Below, one piece after another: positions 39,641-51,827 of a stretch of 64,000 bases of DNA (positions are counted from its first letter, which is position 1; each line of letters opens with the position of its first letter). The stretch lies in NCBI GenBank assembly GCA_043228905.1, contig JBHGNT010000006.1, positions 16,120,001 through 16,184,000 on the forward strand. The letters run 5' to 3'. The stretch is from Azolla caroliniana. Taxonomy: Eukaryota > Plantae > Polypodiophyta. Below the pieces are notes generated by a model that did not search any database, was not told the DNA's origin, and worked only from the letters and a program-made list of their open reading frames with translations. Both the position numbers and the translations under genes were made by a program.

Positions 39641-42600
39641 ATAGTGTAGCCCAAGTCACCTTGAACATTCTATGCTCCACACATTGATAGAATGAATATG
39701 TTTTGGTTTCCCTGATATATTTTGGGTTCCAATGTTGTCCTATCTATGTGGGATATCTCACAGTTTTGTCTTTTCGTTTCTTTTCTTCAAACTTCACACT
39801 CACATAACTTGATACTTGTTTATCCGTTTTATGCGTAGTAAAATATGCTATGAAGCTCTTGAACACATCTATCTTTCCATATCCATATATTAAGCTAATC
39901 GTAAATAATTATTTTACTAGTTTTCATATAGTGTGTGAAAAACCACATGACATTCACCCCCACCAAACCTGCACATCCACCGGTATGTGCCAATTGTGGT
40001 GAGGTTCCTCTTTTTTAATTACTCTTCTTCAACCTCGATGTTCGAGGATACATCATCTAGATCTTTGATCTCAAGATTTGGGGCTTCTCTTCTCTTAAAG
40101 ATCTTGATCCTCTTCCATGCTATTGGCAAAGCAAGTCGAGTTCCATCTAACTCCGCTAAAAAATAGGTTGCATTGCTTTCTATTTTCTTGACCATATACG
40201 GGCCAAACCATCGTTTTGTGAACTTTCAAGTAGTGCTATATTGATTATCGAGACTACTATCATAGACAAGAACCCAATCTCCTTCTTCAATTTTTCTTTG
40301 TCGAAGACGATGCTTTCTATCAAAATTCTCCTTGTTCTTCAATCAAGCTTGGCGCAACCGTTCTACTGCCAACTCGACATCTTCGGGCCTTCGTTCTAAT
40401 TGTTGAATCCTCGTGGCTAGCAAGTCTTCCCGACTCATTTCCTCTTGCCATGGCAAAGATGTCCACGAAGCAACACTTTGCTCAATAGGCATTATTGGTT
40501 TTTGTCCTAATATGAGTTCGGCGGGCATATATCCCGTAGTCGTGCTATGTGTAGTTCTATCTGCCCACAATGCATAAGGTAGTAATCGTGGCCAATTTCC
40601 CATTTTTCCGTCGCAAGCCTTCACTAGAGCTTTTACAATTGGACTATGTCCTCGTTCTACCTTCCCATTTGCGTCCGGGTTGTATGCCATGGTGAGCGAT
40701 AATTTGATGCCTATTCTTGAAAAGAACTCTTTAGCTTCATTTGCATCTAATTCTCCTCTATCGGCCACTATTTTGCCGACACATCCGTATCGACAAATAA
40801 CATCTTCAAGGAGAAACCTACAAACCGCCGAAGTTGTTTTATTCCTTAGCGCCCGTCCGTCTACTTGGTTGGTGAGATCCTCTCTTGCTAGCACGAGGTA
40901 TTTCATTTGCCCCAATCCCATTGGCATAACCACTATGTCTACCAACCACTTATAGTGCATTGATAACGGATATGTCAGATGAAGTTCATCCCTATGTTGA
41001 ATATTCGAGTATAATTGGCATTGCTCACATGTTTCAACATAGCTTGCTACATCTTTGTAAACACCCGACCACCAATACTTCTCCATGAGCTTTGCAAATG
41101 TTGCCCATATACCATGATGACCTGCCCACACACTATCATGAAATTCAGCAATTAGTGTTTGTTGATCCTGTTTCTTGCACACCACTCGAAGTGGAGTTCC
41201 ATTCTTCTTCTTCAGAAACTTCCATAGATGTCCTTCTTTGAGGAAGAACTTGTAGGCCTTCTTCCTAATTCGGTAGAAGTCTTCCTTTGACCATGATTCA
41301 TCTTTTGTAAGAGAGCTTAAGTATTTGCCAATTTCGATGAATTCACCCTCATAATCTTCTACTTTGAACACTACTAGCACCCGAGCACAAGAAACTGTAA
41401 AGAAGTTTAGGCCAACATCCTCCTCGTCGGAGTGCAAATCTTCTTCACCGTGATACCTCACCCTTGACAACATATCGGCCACCACATTATGCTTCCCATT
41501 TATATGCCGAATCTCGGGGTTGAGGGACTTGATATAGGCAATCCATCACAGCATAGCAATATCCGCTGTAGCACAACCGGATATCATTCCGAGAATAGGT
41601 AGACAGTTGGTTTCGATTATGACCTCTGTTCCTATAAGGTAGTCACGATCGGTTTTAACCGCGGATACTATTCCCCATAGCTCTCTCTTTACTTGAGCAT
41701 ACTTCCTTTGTCTTTCGGTTAACACCTTCGCACCGAATCGGATTGCATACCGATTCTTTTCTTTGTCTTCTTGGTTTATCACCCATCCAATTCCGGTTGG
41801 GCTCATATCCACAGGAACATTGTAAGGCAAAGATGTGGGAACATCGCAAAGTATGTGTATTGGAGAAGAGGGTTGAATCTTCACGCTTTTTTTTAGTGGG
41901 TGAACATGAAGTCGTGAATATGTAAGGAACCTAGGTGTGGAAAGAGATTTACACTTCTTCATCATCATCATCAAGGGGCTACTATGATAAACAAATTAGG
42001 CAAATCTAAAATACTATTTACTTATTACAATATAACTAGACGAATCAACAAATTTGCGATGAGAATCAACATGTATTTCAAACATATGTAGTGGAGGATA
42101 GGTTGAAAATCAAGAGGGAATTATGCACAACAAATTATCTTAGCACAAAAAAAGCACAAAAATATTATGAGAATAGACAAGAATAAATCACAAGGAGACA
42201 TGTATATTTCATTATTACCTTGCATTTGTATTGTCATCTTGTTTTAATATATACGTCACTTTTGTAAAATGAAGTTGAGGGCTGATTTTGGTACCCAGTA
42301 GAGAATGCTCCAACTTTGAAAAGGATCGTTGAAAGTCTAGTCATTTAACACTATTATTTATCTTTCATGGATCATTTAAATGGTGAAAATGTTTTATACT
42401 TGTAAATTTACCCCAAGATTCCTTTCCTAACTTGCACACGTCTCTTAACTCCAAAACATGTTGTTTTTTATCATTTGTTTCTTGGTAAACATATTATATT
42501 CAATCAATTTTATGTTCTATTACATCGTATGAGTTCAAACTCAAATATTTATGGGTTCATGAAAACTCGACGATTATTACCTTACATTTTTATTGTCCTC

Positions 42601-42903
42601 TTGTTTTAATAATACACTACTTTTTTTCTCTTGATCTTTTCCTTCAATATTGTTTGTAATATATTTGTTCCCTCAATTTCTTTCACATTTACATACATGG
42701 ACTTGCATGTGTGCGTAAGCTAATGTGAGTAATCCTCTTTCATATTTATTTTTTGATAGATCCGAAGATCTATAGTGGAAACTTGATCCTTGATTGCCTC
42801 GTAATCTTCCATATATCCCAGATATTTTAATTTGCTTATTCTTTTTAGAAAACATGGATTGTGTATGTATATTTCCCCTTCTTTTAAATGGAATCCATAG
42901 ATT

Positions 42904-45150
42904 ATGCTAGTCCAATGTACTCTACATTATTGTTACAGTATGTCCCACAACAAAAATACGAAAGGCAAAGGAAAGCAAATACGTCTCTTTACAATGCCTA
43001 GTTTTAGGAAAAACTTGTCATCTTCCAATGAAGATGTGCCTTTAGAAGAGCCTATAAAGGACCATCAACCCTCTCACGAGTTATTTCATGAGATGAATAG
43101 AATTAGTAAGGCCAAACTAAAATTTCAAGAAGATTGGCCAACTAAATTTAAGTGGCTTCAAGAGGATTTGGAAATTGGTCTTTTATGGTGTAGTTATTGT
43201 AGGAGTGATCCTCATTGTAAGTCTTCATTTGGCAAAACGGGTGCTAGAAACTTTAAGACTTCTGCATTAGAAGAACATGCAAAAAGTGTGGCCCATCGAG
43301 ATGCCCTTTTATTCCAAGAAAGAGACAAGAATGGTCTTGAAAAATGTGCATCAAAGAAAAAAGCTAGTGTGGATGTAGCAATTGAAAAATTGTTAAAATG
43401 TGCATATTTTATAGCTAAAGAGGGTTTGGCATTTAGAAAACTGGAAAGCCTCTTACGATTGTTAAGAGAATGTGGTGTGGAAGGCCTTCCACGAATGTAT
43501 AACGATAATAAGGCTTGTGCAAGCTTTATCTTGCACATTAGCAAGGCTCTTGAAGCCGAGATATATGATAGGGTGAGGACAAGTCCTTGGTTTGGGCTTA
43601 TGGTAGATGAAGCTACCGATGTAAACGTAACCAAGAACTTGATCCTTTACGCTACATTTGTGGAAGGAAGGCAAGTAAAAACCTCTTATTTGGGGGTACT
43701 TGAAGTAGAGGATGGTACAACAAACACAATAACAGAAAGCATTTTAGCATTGTTAAAAAAGTGGAACCTAGATGTTAGAAAAATGATGGGATTTGGAAGT
43801 GATGGAGCATCTGTTATGGTAGGTATGTCTACAGGTGTTGCTACAAGATTGAAGTCATATAATCCATTTATGACTTCCTTACATTGTTGTGCACATCGAA
43901 CAAACTTGTGTGTACAAGAGGCTTCAAAGAACATTGAAGTCAAAGAAACATGCAAGCAGTTAGATGCCCTTGTGAATTGGGTGGCTGCACATTTCTCGAG
44001 GAGCTCAATGCGCCAAGGTGAATTAACTAAGATGCAAGATGCATTAGAATACACACATTTGCATATTCTTGGGATTGTGAAGACACGATGGCTTAGTCGG
44101 CATGGTGCTATCATGAGGGTATGCGATGTGTATGAACCCTTGATGAAGACTTTGCAATCGCAAAGTGATGCATACAATGTATTCTTAAGTTTAAGAAACT
44201 TCAAAGTAGTGTATATGCTTCACTTCCTTGCAGATGTACTTAAGATCATGTCTACGTTAAGTATGGAATTCCAAAAGGAATATGTGGATGTGACATGCAT
44301 TGGAGGTTTGGCTATGATAGCCATTGGGGAGATAGAAGAACAATTTCTACATCATGTTATGATGGATCTCAATGGTTTTGAGAAGGATAGCTATAATTAT
44401 CCAATTATTCCAGAATATGGTAGAGAAAAAGGAATGCTTTCAGTTTTACGAGATACTATAAAAGGTAATATGTATAAAAGCATCTTCATGGATAGATGTA
44501 TTGATGGTGAGGACTTAATTGAAGCCATACGATTCCAAACTTTGTTTTCTAAGGCATTAATAGAGACAATAAAAAAAAGGCTGTTGAAAATGTTATCACC
44601 AATGAACATGTCTACCGGATCTACAAGCATTTTAGCACGAAAAACTATGGGTCTTAATGAGTTAAAAACACTTGGAAATTTTTATGGCATTCAAAAAATG
44701 ATAGATGGGAAAGAGTTTTCTCCCATAATTGATAATGATAAACTATATGATGAATATGCAATTTTCAAAAGGCAAGCCACTACGGAATGGCTTGGAAGAG
44801 ATTTCTTAGATGTTTGGGGTATGATAAATTGTAATGATGTGTGGAAAGAAAAGCTACCCGAACTTCTAAGGCTTTCATTGATAGGATTAATTCAATGTTC
44901 TTCTACGACAACATGTGAGAGAAGCTTTAGTCGCCTAAATCTAATAAAAAATAAGTTTAGAAATAGGTTAAAAAGCAATGCGGTTGATGCATTGATACGA
45001 ATCTCTATTGAAGGACTTGAACTAGAAGAACATGACTTTAGTGACAGCATTTTGTTCTGGCGAGAAAGCAAGGCATATCGTCATATTTTTACAGGAACTT
45101 CTCATGAGCATGATGATGACATCGAGGACTTCATAGAAGATATAGATTGA
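42904..45150 (+). CDS. hAT-superfamily transposase (ZNF862-like)
   Basis: 748-aa ORF: N-terminal zinc finger (WCSYC...EEHAKSVAH), GLMVDEATD, FGSDGASVM, HCCAH, KTRWLS and the hAT dimerisation region with CERSFSRLNLIKNKFRNRL. True start may be a downstream ATG. Confidence 0.9.
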   Translation: MLVQCTLHYCYSMSHNKNTKGKGKQIRLFTMPSFRKNLSSSNEDVPLEEPIKDHQPSHELFHEMNRISKAKLKFQEDWPTKFKWLQEDLEIGLLWCSYCRSDPHCKSSFGKTGARNFKTSALEEHAKSVAHRDALLFQERDKNGLEKCASKKKASVDVAIEKLLKCAYFIAKEGLAFRKLESLLRLLRECGVEGLPRMYNDNKACASFILHISKALEAEIYDRVRTSPWFGLMVDEATDVNVTKNLILYATFVEGRQVKTSYLGVLEVEDGTTNTITESILALLKKWNLDVRKMMGFGSDGASVMVGMSTGVATRLKSYNPFMTSLHCCAHRTNLCVQEASKNIEVKETCKQLDALVNWVAAHFSRSSMRQGELTKMQDALEYTHLHILGIVKTRWLSRHGAIMRVCDVYEPLMKTLQSQSDAYNVFLSLRNFKVVYMLHFLADVLKIMSTLSMEFQKEYVDVTCIGGLAMIAIGEIEEQFLHHVMMDLNGFEKDSYNYPIIPEYGREKGMLSVLRDTIKGNMYKSIFMDRCIDGEDLIEAIRFQTLFSKALIETIKKRLLKMLSPMNMSTGSTSILARKTMGLNELKTLGNFYGIQKMIDGKEFSPIIDNDKLYDEYAIFKRQATTEWLGRDFLDVWGMINCNDVWKEKLPELLRLSLIGLIQCSSTTTCERSFSRLNLIKNKFRNRLKSNAVDALIRISIEGLELEEHDFSDSILFWRESKAYRHIFTGTSHEHDDDIEDFIEDID

Positions 45151-45499
45151 AACATTATAAATTTGATCGATTTTGTTTTGGAACTTTCTATATACTAGAT
45201 CTAATTTGATCTAATACGTTGTTAATGCTACTTTACAAAGTTTTGAAAAGTGAAATTTGTTTAAAAAGTTAGATTTTTTTTTGGTAAATATATATCTTTA
45301 GTTTTTGGGATCCAAAATTTTGTGATTGATTTGTTTTGGTATTGCGATAGATTTTTTTTTTGATTTGGTATATGGCCAATTTATTTATTTTTAACATGTT
45401 CCGGTTGACATTGTCGCTAGTAGGAACGTGGACGGCTGAAATTTTAAAATTCCAATTAGGTTTATGAGAAGCAGGAAAATTTCCGGTATGGGCTGGAGA

Positions 45500-45514
45500 C
45501 TTTGCCCAACACTG
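45500..45514 (-). repeat. Candidate right TIR of the hAT element
   Basis: Minus strand reads CAGTGTTGGGCAAAG, a hAT-like CAGTG start, about 350 bp after the transposase stop. No matching left TIR found. Confidence 0.5.
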
Positions 45515-45840
45515 GGTGCAAATAGACACTAGCACATACATCTATCCATCTAGTAGTAGAGTACATCCATTACATACATATATAAATACTTAGTTACTCT
45601 CCTCTACTCTACTCTACTACTAGAGTCTACATACATACATACATGCATACATTACATTACATTTAGTGTTCCTGATTCGTGAGGAGGCTTTGCCCAACTC
45701 TCACTCACTCACTCGTCCGCCTCCGTCTCTCCCAACAACACTACACACACACACACACACACACCTTCTGAATCGCCGAAGGAGAGACGAGTCACGACGA
45801 AGACGAAAAAGCCGCCCGCAGCGTTCATTTAGGGTTTTCT

Positions 45841-48045
45841 ATGCGACAGATTTCCGTCTTCTGCTTACGCAGAATTCCCAGCTTCCATGGAACCTTACCA
45901 TCATCATCATCATCATCATCATCGTGTTCGTCTTCTTTTTCCGGCTTCCTCATTCCTATATCCGTTTCTCTCGTCACTGGCAACTGTTCGCCCTCAGTAT
46001 ATCTTCACCAATTCTCGCAGTTTTGCCGATCTCATTCTGCATCTTCACCAATCACATCTAATAAGCCACTGTCGAGGCGTCCCATGTCTCCCTTCCTTAA
46101 AAGAACTGAAGGTGTGAAGATGATACTCGACCTGTTCTCTTCCTTCTCAGTATGGAACGATGAAGAAATACCTCGTTCCTTAACCAAACTCTCTGTTCCT
46201 TTCCATTCCTACACGGTCTCAGAAGTAATAAGAAAATCTGAAAGTCTTGACATAGCTCTGTGTTTCTTTAATTGGTTAATCACCTCAAAGAGCGAGTTTA
46301 AACCAGATAGTTATGTCTATAACTCTCTGATATATCGTCTTGGAAAATCTGGAAGATTAGAAGAGATGCAAAGCGTTTCAAATCTCTCTGTAATAAAAGG
46401 TAAAGCTTCTGTTGTTACGTTTACGTCCGTTATCTCTGGTTTCAAGAGGGCTATGGAAATTCGAAAAGCACAGGAAGCCTGGAATCACATTAAAGAATTA
46501 GGATTCAAACCTTGTCATAAAACATATACTGTTATGATTGATTTATATGCAAGTATGAAGATGTATGAAGAGGCAGGAGAATATTATCTTCAGATCTTGA
46601 AGGACAATCTTCGGCCGAGTATAAAAACATGCACAGTATTAATGAACCATTTAGTTCAAGAAGGAAAGCTCAATGCAGCCATTGATATGTTTCAAGGATT
46701 ATTGAAGCTCAATTTGAGACCTAATCCTGTAACTTGTGTGTACATTATGCTTGGATATGCAAAACTCGGTGATATGTACAGTGTTCTTAAACTCGTAAGA
46801 GATTTTAAGGACTATGGACACAACCCTGGCGCATTAGGCAACTCGTTTATTACTGTATTGAAGTATCTGGTGTGTGAAGGGAGAAGCGAAGATGCAGAGA
46901 AAATCATGAAAGAAGGGTGGCCGGAATCATCTGATGAGGACAGGAAGAAGAAGATTCTAGAGTTTCAAATGAAAATTTACAATGCATCCTGCCATGTTGA
47001 CATCATGAAGGAGGGTATAGAAGAACCCCTGGATTCTTCTCTTAGTGATTTTGAGGAGGATGAAGAAGGATGTGATGAACATGTAATACCATATTCATCA
47101 ACTGATGCTTCAACGCTATTGAATGTTGTGGCATTTGTAAAATGCCTTTTCCCTTGGACAAATGCAACAGTCCGAACCCTCGAGAAATCAAATCTGAGGT
47201 TCGATTGTGATTTAGTCTCGAAAATCCTAAATCGTCTAAGCAGAGCCGATTCTGGATGGAAGTTTTACCGCTGGGTTGCGAAACAACCAGGTTTTGCTCA
47301 TGACAAATATACTTGCCATCAAATGATTAAGCTATTTCTAAGAGACAAAGGATTTCCTAAAGCAAAACGTCTTCTTGTCGAGGCGCACAAGGAGCATGTA
47401 ACTCTACCATTGCATACTTATGGAAGTGTTCTCAAGCACTGTGGTTTGCAAAAAGATTCTGAATTTGCACTTCAAGTGTTTGAGCTTCTCAAAGAGTCTG
47501 GATTGTCACCCAATGAATCTTGTTACAAGTACTTGATTCAAGCTCTCTTCAAGTGTAATCGATATTGGAGAGTGGCAACTATATGTTCTGAGATGAAGAA
47601 AGCTGGGTTTCCCTTGGATGAAACTATGTATTCTCTTCTGATCGCTGGATTTGCAGGGGCAAGTAAAATAAGGATTGTGAGGAAACTTCTCAAGCAAATG
47701 CGTGCATCTAATTTTGAGCCAGATGCATACGTGTACAAAGCCTTAATAAGAACTTATGATAGGAAAGGGAAGCTAGACAAAGCGAAGAGAATATATAATG
47801 CGATGAGGAGGGATGGAATTAAGCCATCACCACAGATAAATGAGCTAATGGTTGACATTTTTACTAGGTTAGGTGACCATAAGAAAGCATGCACAATTAA
47901 AGATGAGATGCAGAGTTTGGCATTGGTGAGTGGAATAGCAAAGCAAGCACGTATTGATCAATATCTGCATTTCCATTCAATCTTTATGAAAAACCTTGCT
48001 GAAAACATAAGATTGAAACCTATAACAGTTGGAGTATGCATGTAA
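45841..48045 (+). CDS. P-class pentatricopeptide repeat (PPR) protein, probably organelle-targeted
   Basis: 734-aa intronless ORF with a Ser/Arg-rich N-terminus and two tracts of about 35-aa repeats (PDSYVYNSLIYRLGKSG, VVTFTSVISG, KTYTVMIDLY, PNESCYKYLIQAL, PDAYVYKALIRTY) separated by an acidic linker. Confidence 0.92.
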   Translation: MRQISVFCLRRIPSFHGTLPSSSSSSSSCSSSFSGFLIPISVSLVTGNCSPSVYLHQFSQFCRSHSASSPITSNKPLSRRPMSPFLKRTEGVKMILDLFSSFSVWNDEEIPRSLTKLSVPFHSYTVSEVIRKSESLDIALCFFNWLITSKSEFKPDSYVYNSLIYRLGKSGRLEEMQSVSNLSVIKGKASVVTFTSVISGFKRAMEIRKAQEAWNHIKELGFKPCHKTYTVMIDLYASMKMYEEAGEYYLQILKDNLRPSIKTCTVLMNHLVQEGKLNAAIDMFQGLLKLNLRPNPVTCVYIMLGYAKLGDMYSVLKLVRDFKDYGHNPGALGNSFITVLKYLVCEGRSEDAEKIMKEGWPESSDEDRKKKILEFQMKIYNASCHVDIMKEGIEEPLDSSLSDFEEDEEGCDEHVIPYSSTDASTLLNVVAFVKCLFPWTNATVRTLEKSNLRFDCDLVSKILNRLSRADSGWKFYRWVAKQPGFAHDKYTCHQMIKLFLRDKGFPKAKRLLVEAHKEHVTLPLHTYGSVLKHCGLQKDSEFALQVFELLKESGLSPNESCYKYLIQALFKCNRYWRVATICSEMKKAGFPLDETMYSLLIAGFAGASKIRIVRKLLKQMRASNFEPDAYVYKALIRTYDRKGKLDKAKRIYNAMRRDGIKPSPQINELMVDIFTRLGDHKKACTIKDEMQSLALVSGIAKQARIDQYLHFHSIFMKNLAENIRLKPITVGVCM

Positions 48046-49703
48046 AACCTTGAACCACGTGAAATGAGAGAATTCAGAATCTACATCAAATTTCCATAGC
48101 TAAGCTGGGACCATAAATTCTTGAACCAAGAGTATTTGCACAAGCTTAGTAGTCTTTTGGAAGTTCTTTTGAGATTGTTGCTTTCTTGAAACTATAGGGA
48201 ACATTGTGATACGATCATGGAAGTTCAATAATCTTTTGCACAATTTGTAGGACCTGAGCAGGCAATGAAGCTTTGTACCATTTTTTGGTTTAGGATGAGA
48301 ATCTTTATCCGCTCACTAAATGTGTTTCAGTTGTCATTCACGATGAATAATTGGCTTCATGAGAATAAATGATCTTTCTCAAAACAGTCTTTTGCTGAAA
48401 TTAAACTTTAAACTTTAGAGAGAGAGAGATTGCGATACGTTTTGCAACGATTTTTCGCGTCTTTAACACCCCTTTCTGTTTTAGTGATTACTGATTAGAA
48501 TAAGCATATTAGAGCAAGGCATCACTTTTTTTGTTTAAGAATTGGTAGAATCAAAAGAAATGCTTTTCTATTACACCTCTACAACAATGTGGGTGGACTT
48601 CATAGTCAAACTAGTGTCACATCAGAAACATTGGAGGTGTTGAAATAAAATAGGTTTTAGACTCCAAAACCCTAAGAACTAAAATGGTTCACATTTAGGG
48701 GGGATATTAAAACTCTATTTTAATATAAACCAAAATTTATTCCAGTATTAACCTATTTTAATATATTATTAACAAAAATAATATAACCCTTCATATGAAG
48801 GTGTGCACATTTTGTAATTGTTGAAGAAACCTCATTTACCTTCTATTTTTCTATGCTCTTGATTCTCTCTTGTTTAATACTCATTCCTTATTGGGCCATT
48901 GTATGGATATGCATCAATGAAGGGAAATATTTAATATGAGAGAGAAGGAATGTGACATGACCGCTATGGCAATTTCGTTAGCTAAAGCATTTTCCCCCAT
49001 CTCTGACACATGTTGATTTTATGCATTAAAGGCTCGGATTAACTCGGCAATGCAATACCTCTATCTCACCCGCTACTATACTAATGCAATTAATTTAATG
49101 CATTGGTTTGCTAATGGCATCTCTAGCACATGTTATTTTGTTTTATGTCAATCTCATATGTACATATCATGTCCATAGATTGACATATGTATTAGCATTC
49201 GTGGAGGTTACCAAACGAAGCATACAAAATATTCAGTTTAAATAAATAAAAAAGAAGAAGAAGAGAGTTCATGAAGTTGTTACTTTTTAGTAACTTGGGA
49301 TGGGGTGGGCAAATTAATTAGTTAGTTAAGTTAAGTTAATTCACATCTCTGCAGCTGCCGCAGTAGTTGAGGGTGGTGGCCTCGCAGTTGTGGAAGGCAT
49401 GGCTCCCGCAGCGGCCACACGGCTGCTTGGTTGGTTGGTTGGTTGGTGTAGACGTGGAAGAAGAGAGGTTGCTTGAGGGTCGGAGCCCGTCTTGGAGACA
49501 CGTAGCTTAGCTGGCATCACATACCATATACATCGGACGGAAGATGGCACTGCAGTGTGTGTGGCCATGTGTACTGCGACTACACATCGTCATCATAGCG
49601 ATTGATTGAGCGAGTGAGTGCCACACTCACTCATCCTGAGTGAGAGTGAGTGCCACACAATGGCGGAGCCCCAGCAGCAGCAGCAGTTGTCGGACTGTAG
49701 TTG

Positions 49704-49744
<41 letters not shown>

Positions 49745-49749
49745 TTACT
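49704..49749. repeat. (ACT)n microsatellite with nearby (CAG)n
   Basis: Direct reading of the sequence. Confidence 0.9.
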
Positions 49750-49879
49750 GCTCCACAACCATCGCCATCGCCATCGTCACCGGCAACACATATATATATT
49801 GTCCGCATGCATGCAGAGGAGCATGGCCACATCAGATCTACCACCCTCCATTATTCTTTATGTAGTTACAGGCTACAGC

Positions 49880-50032
49880 TACATACTATTGATTTCTTCT
49901 TCAGATCTACCCTAAGTATATTTATACTTATACACTTAAATGACTATATTTTGGGCCTCAGCCGAGTTACCTATTGACACCATTCGATTCGACTCGTGCT
50001 CTTCCCATCCGGAGGGACCAACTTTCCCAACA
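49880..50032 (-). mobile_element. Fragment of a copia LTR related to the B/E LTRs
   Basis: Ends CCATCCGGAGGGACCAACTTTCCCAACA like 1221-1247, and shares CCCTAAGT...TTTATACTTATA. Left limit uncertain. Confidence 0.55.
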
Positions 50033-51827
50033 AATAAGTTAACCAATATCTTTGTCTATAAGCAAGTTTTCAAGTAAGACAATAAACTCTTCCATGCACA
50101 TTTCATCGCCATTTTCACCAAACTAATAATTTTTTGATACACCATGTACCAATATAAAATGTAAATAGTAATGCTTGGTTGCAAACCCATATGTAGATTT
50201 TTAGGTCACACAATTCATGGAGGTAAACTAGGTCGTGCTTTGATACCACCCCCCACCTCATGTTGAACAACTTATAATGCAACCCTATATTATGTAACAC
50301 TTGGTGGATTAGTACTATTCACTAGTAGAGTGAATAACTATGTGTTGAAACTATAATTAGTATAAATTTGATGTGAGAATGACATGCTAACTCATCAAAA
50401 TGTCCTAACTGTTGGGAAACAAGTCCCTCCAAATGAGACGCGTCAGACAGTCGGATCCAGACGAGGAACTGTTTCGGCCGGAAGACATTCGACAAGCATC
50501 CGGAATCCAGATCCGGAAAGCATCGGCCGTAGCCGATTATAGGCCATATTTGTAAATAACCCCTATAGTGTATAAGTATAAATACCCTTAGGGCTAACAT
50601 GTGTGTGTGTGTATCATTAGAGAGCCAAAGATAATTGTATAGAGTGAAAATCAAAGCAAGGAAAGAGAGTGTGTGCGTAATTGTTGGTTAGACGAAGACG
50701 AGCTCGAGGTTGTTGCCTGCGAGTGTCCTTGTACCCTCTCCTCATATAGTGGAATGGTTCGGAGCTTGTGGGTAGCCGTGGTTTTTCCCATTATAGGGTT
50801 TTCCACATTAACATCTTGTGTCTTTGTGTCAGCATATTTATTTCAAATCTCTATTTCTGCTTCCCTTACTTTTGTGCTCAAAGAATCGATTGTGGCTGAT
50901 CCCATATTTGCAAACTGGTATTAGAGTGAAGGTTCATAACCTTCAAGCAAAGGAATATGGATGACTCATTTGGTGGAATGTTCAAGCTGTCCGACTCCAA
51001 CTACTCTGTCTGGAAGTTGAAGATGAGGGATATGCTTGTATGTAAAGACTTATGGTTGCTGGTGCAATACGGCAAGACCAAGCTTGACAAGATCGATGCA
51101 TCGACCTGGGAAGTCATGCATCTGAAGGTAGCGGCATACATAAGGTGTTTTATAGAAATGAGTCTATACAACAACTTCAATGAGGAAACATATGTTGACG
51201 TCCTGTGGAAGAAGATCGGGTTCATGTTCGAGAACAAGAATGTCGTAAATAGAGTCACAATCTTCAGAAAGATAGTGAGACTGAGGCATCAAGATGGCTC
51301 AAAATCATTGGCTAATTAATGGCACCCATATTTGATATAGAACCTCTCACTCATTGGTTCTTTAATGCTCACCATTTTAAATATTAGACTTATCAATCAT
51401 TGGTTAATTCATGCCCACATCTTTAATACACAACATTTGAGAGTCATAAAAATTGTTGCTTTTAGTAATCAATCATTGGTACATTCATGAACCTCTATCA
51501 TTGTCTCCTTCATGACCTTTGAAGTCATTGCAGGTTGTTATCACTATAAAAGATTGATCAATATGTTAGTTTGACTTTGTAATCATTAATGCAATCATAA
51601 GTTACTCTAGTTAATGTCACTGTGGTTACCAACTAACTATCCTCAAACTTACCAACCTTGGTTAAGATGACTATGGTTAGTTTAACCAATGTGGTCAATC
51701 CCAATAAATAGGAAGACCTCGTCATATTTCACTCACAAGAGCACACAAGAGCGTACAGAGCACACAAAGCACACAGAGCACGAAGCACAAAAGCGCGATT
51801 TCCGCCTCCACTGCCACACGATCAACC

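Larger units (their letters stand above)
38034..41820 (-). mobile_element. 3' half of a different Ty3/gypsy element: RNase H, integrase and an about 1.9-kb 3' LTR (38034-39952)
   Basis: ORF 41546-41974 (VDMSPTGIGWV, ELWGIV) and ORF 40343-41485 (HHCC, DDE integrase), then WFGPY; no chromodomain seen. PPT-like GGTTTGGTGGGGGTGAA on minus abuts 39952; termini TGTCGTG...CATGACA. Confidence 0.75.

Noticed and set aside
38624-39687. Cys/Arg/His-rich ORFs of up to 282 aa on both strands
   Set aside because: Products of stop-poor tandem repeats in an LTR, open in many frames, with no domain motifs.
45841-48045. Specific gene symbol or orthology for the PPR gene
   Set aside because: PPR repeats are too degenerate to assign orthology without a search.
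49593-49977. Poly-V, poly-T and poly-L ORFs as membrane or secreted proteins
   Set aside because: Translations of the (ACT)n microsatellite in different frames.
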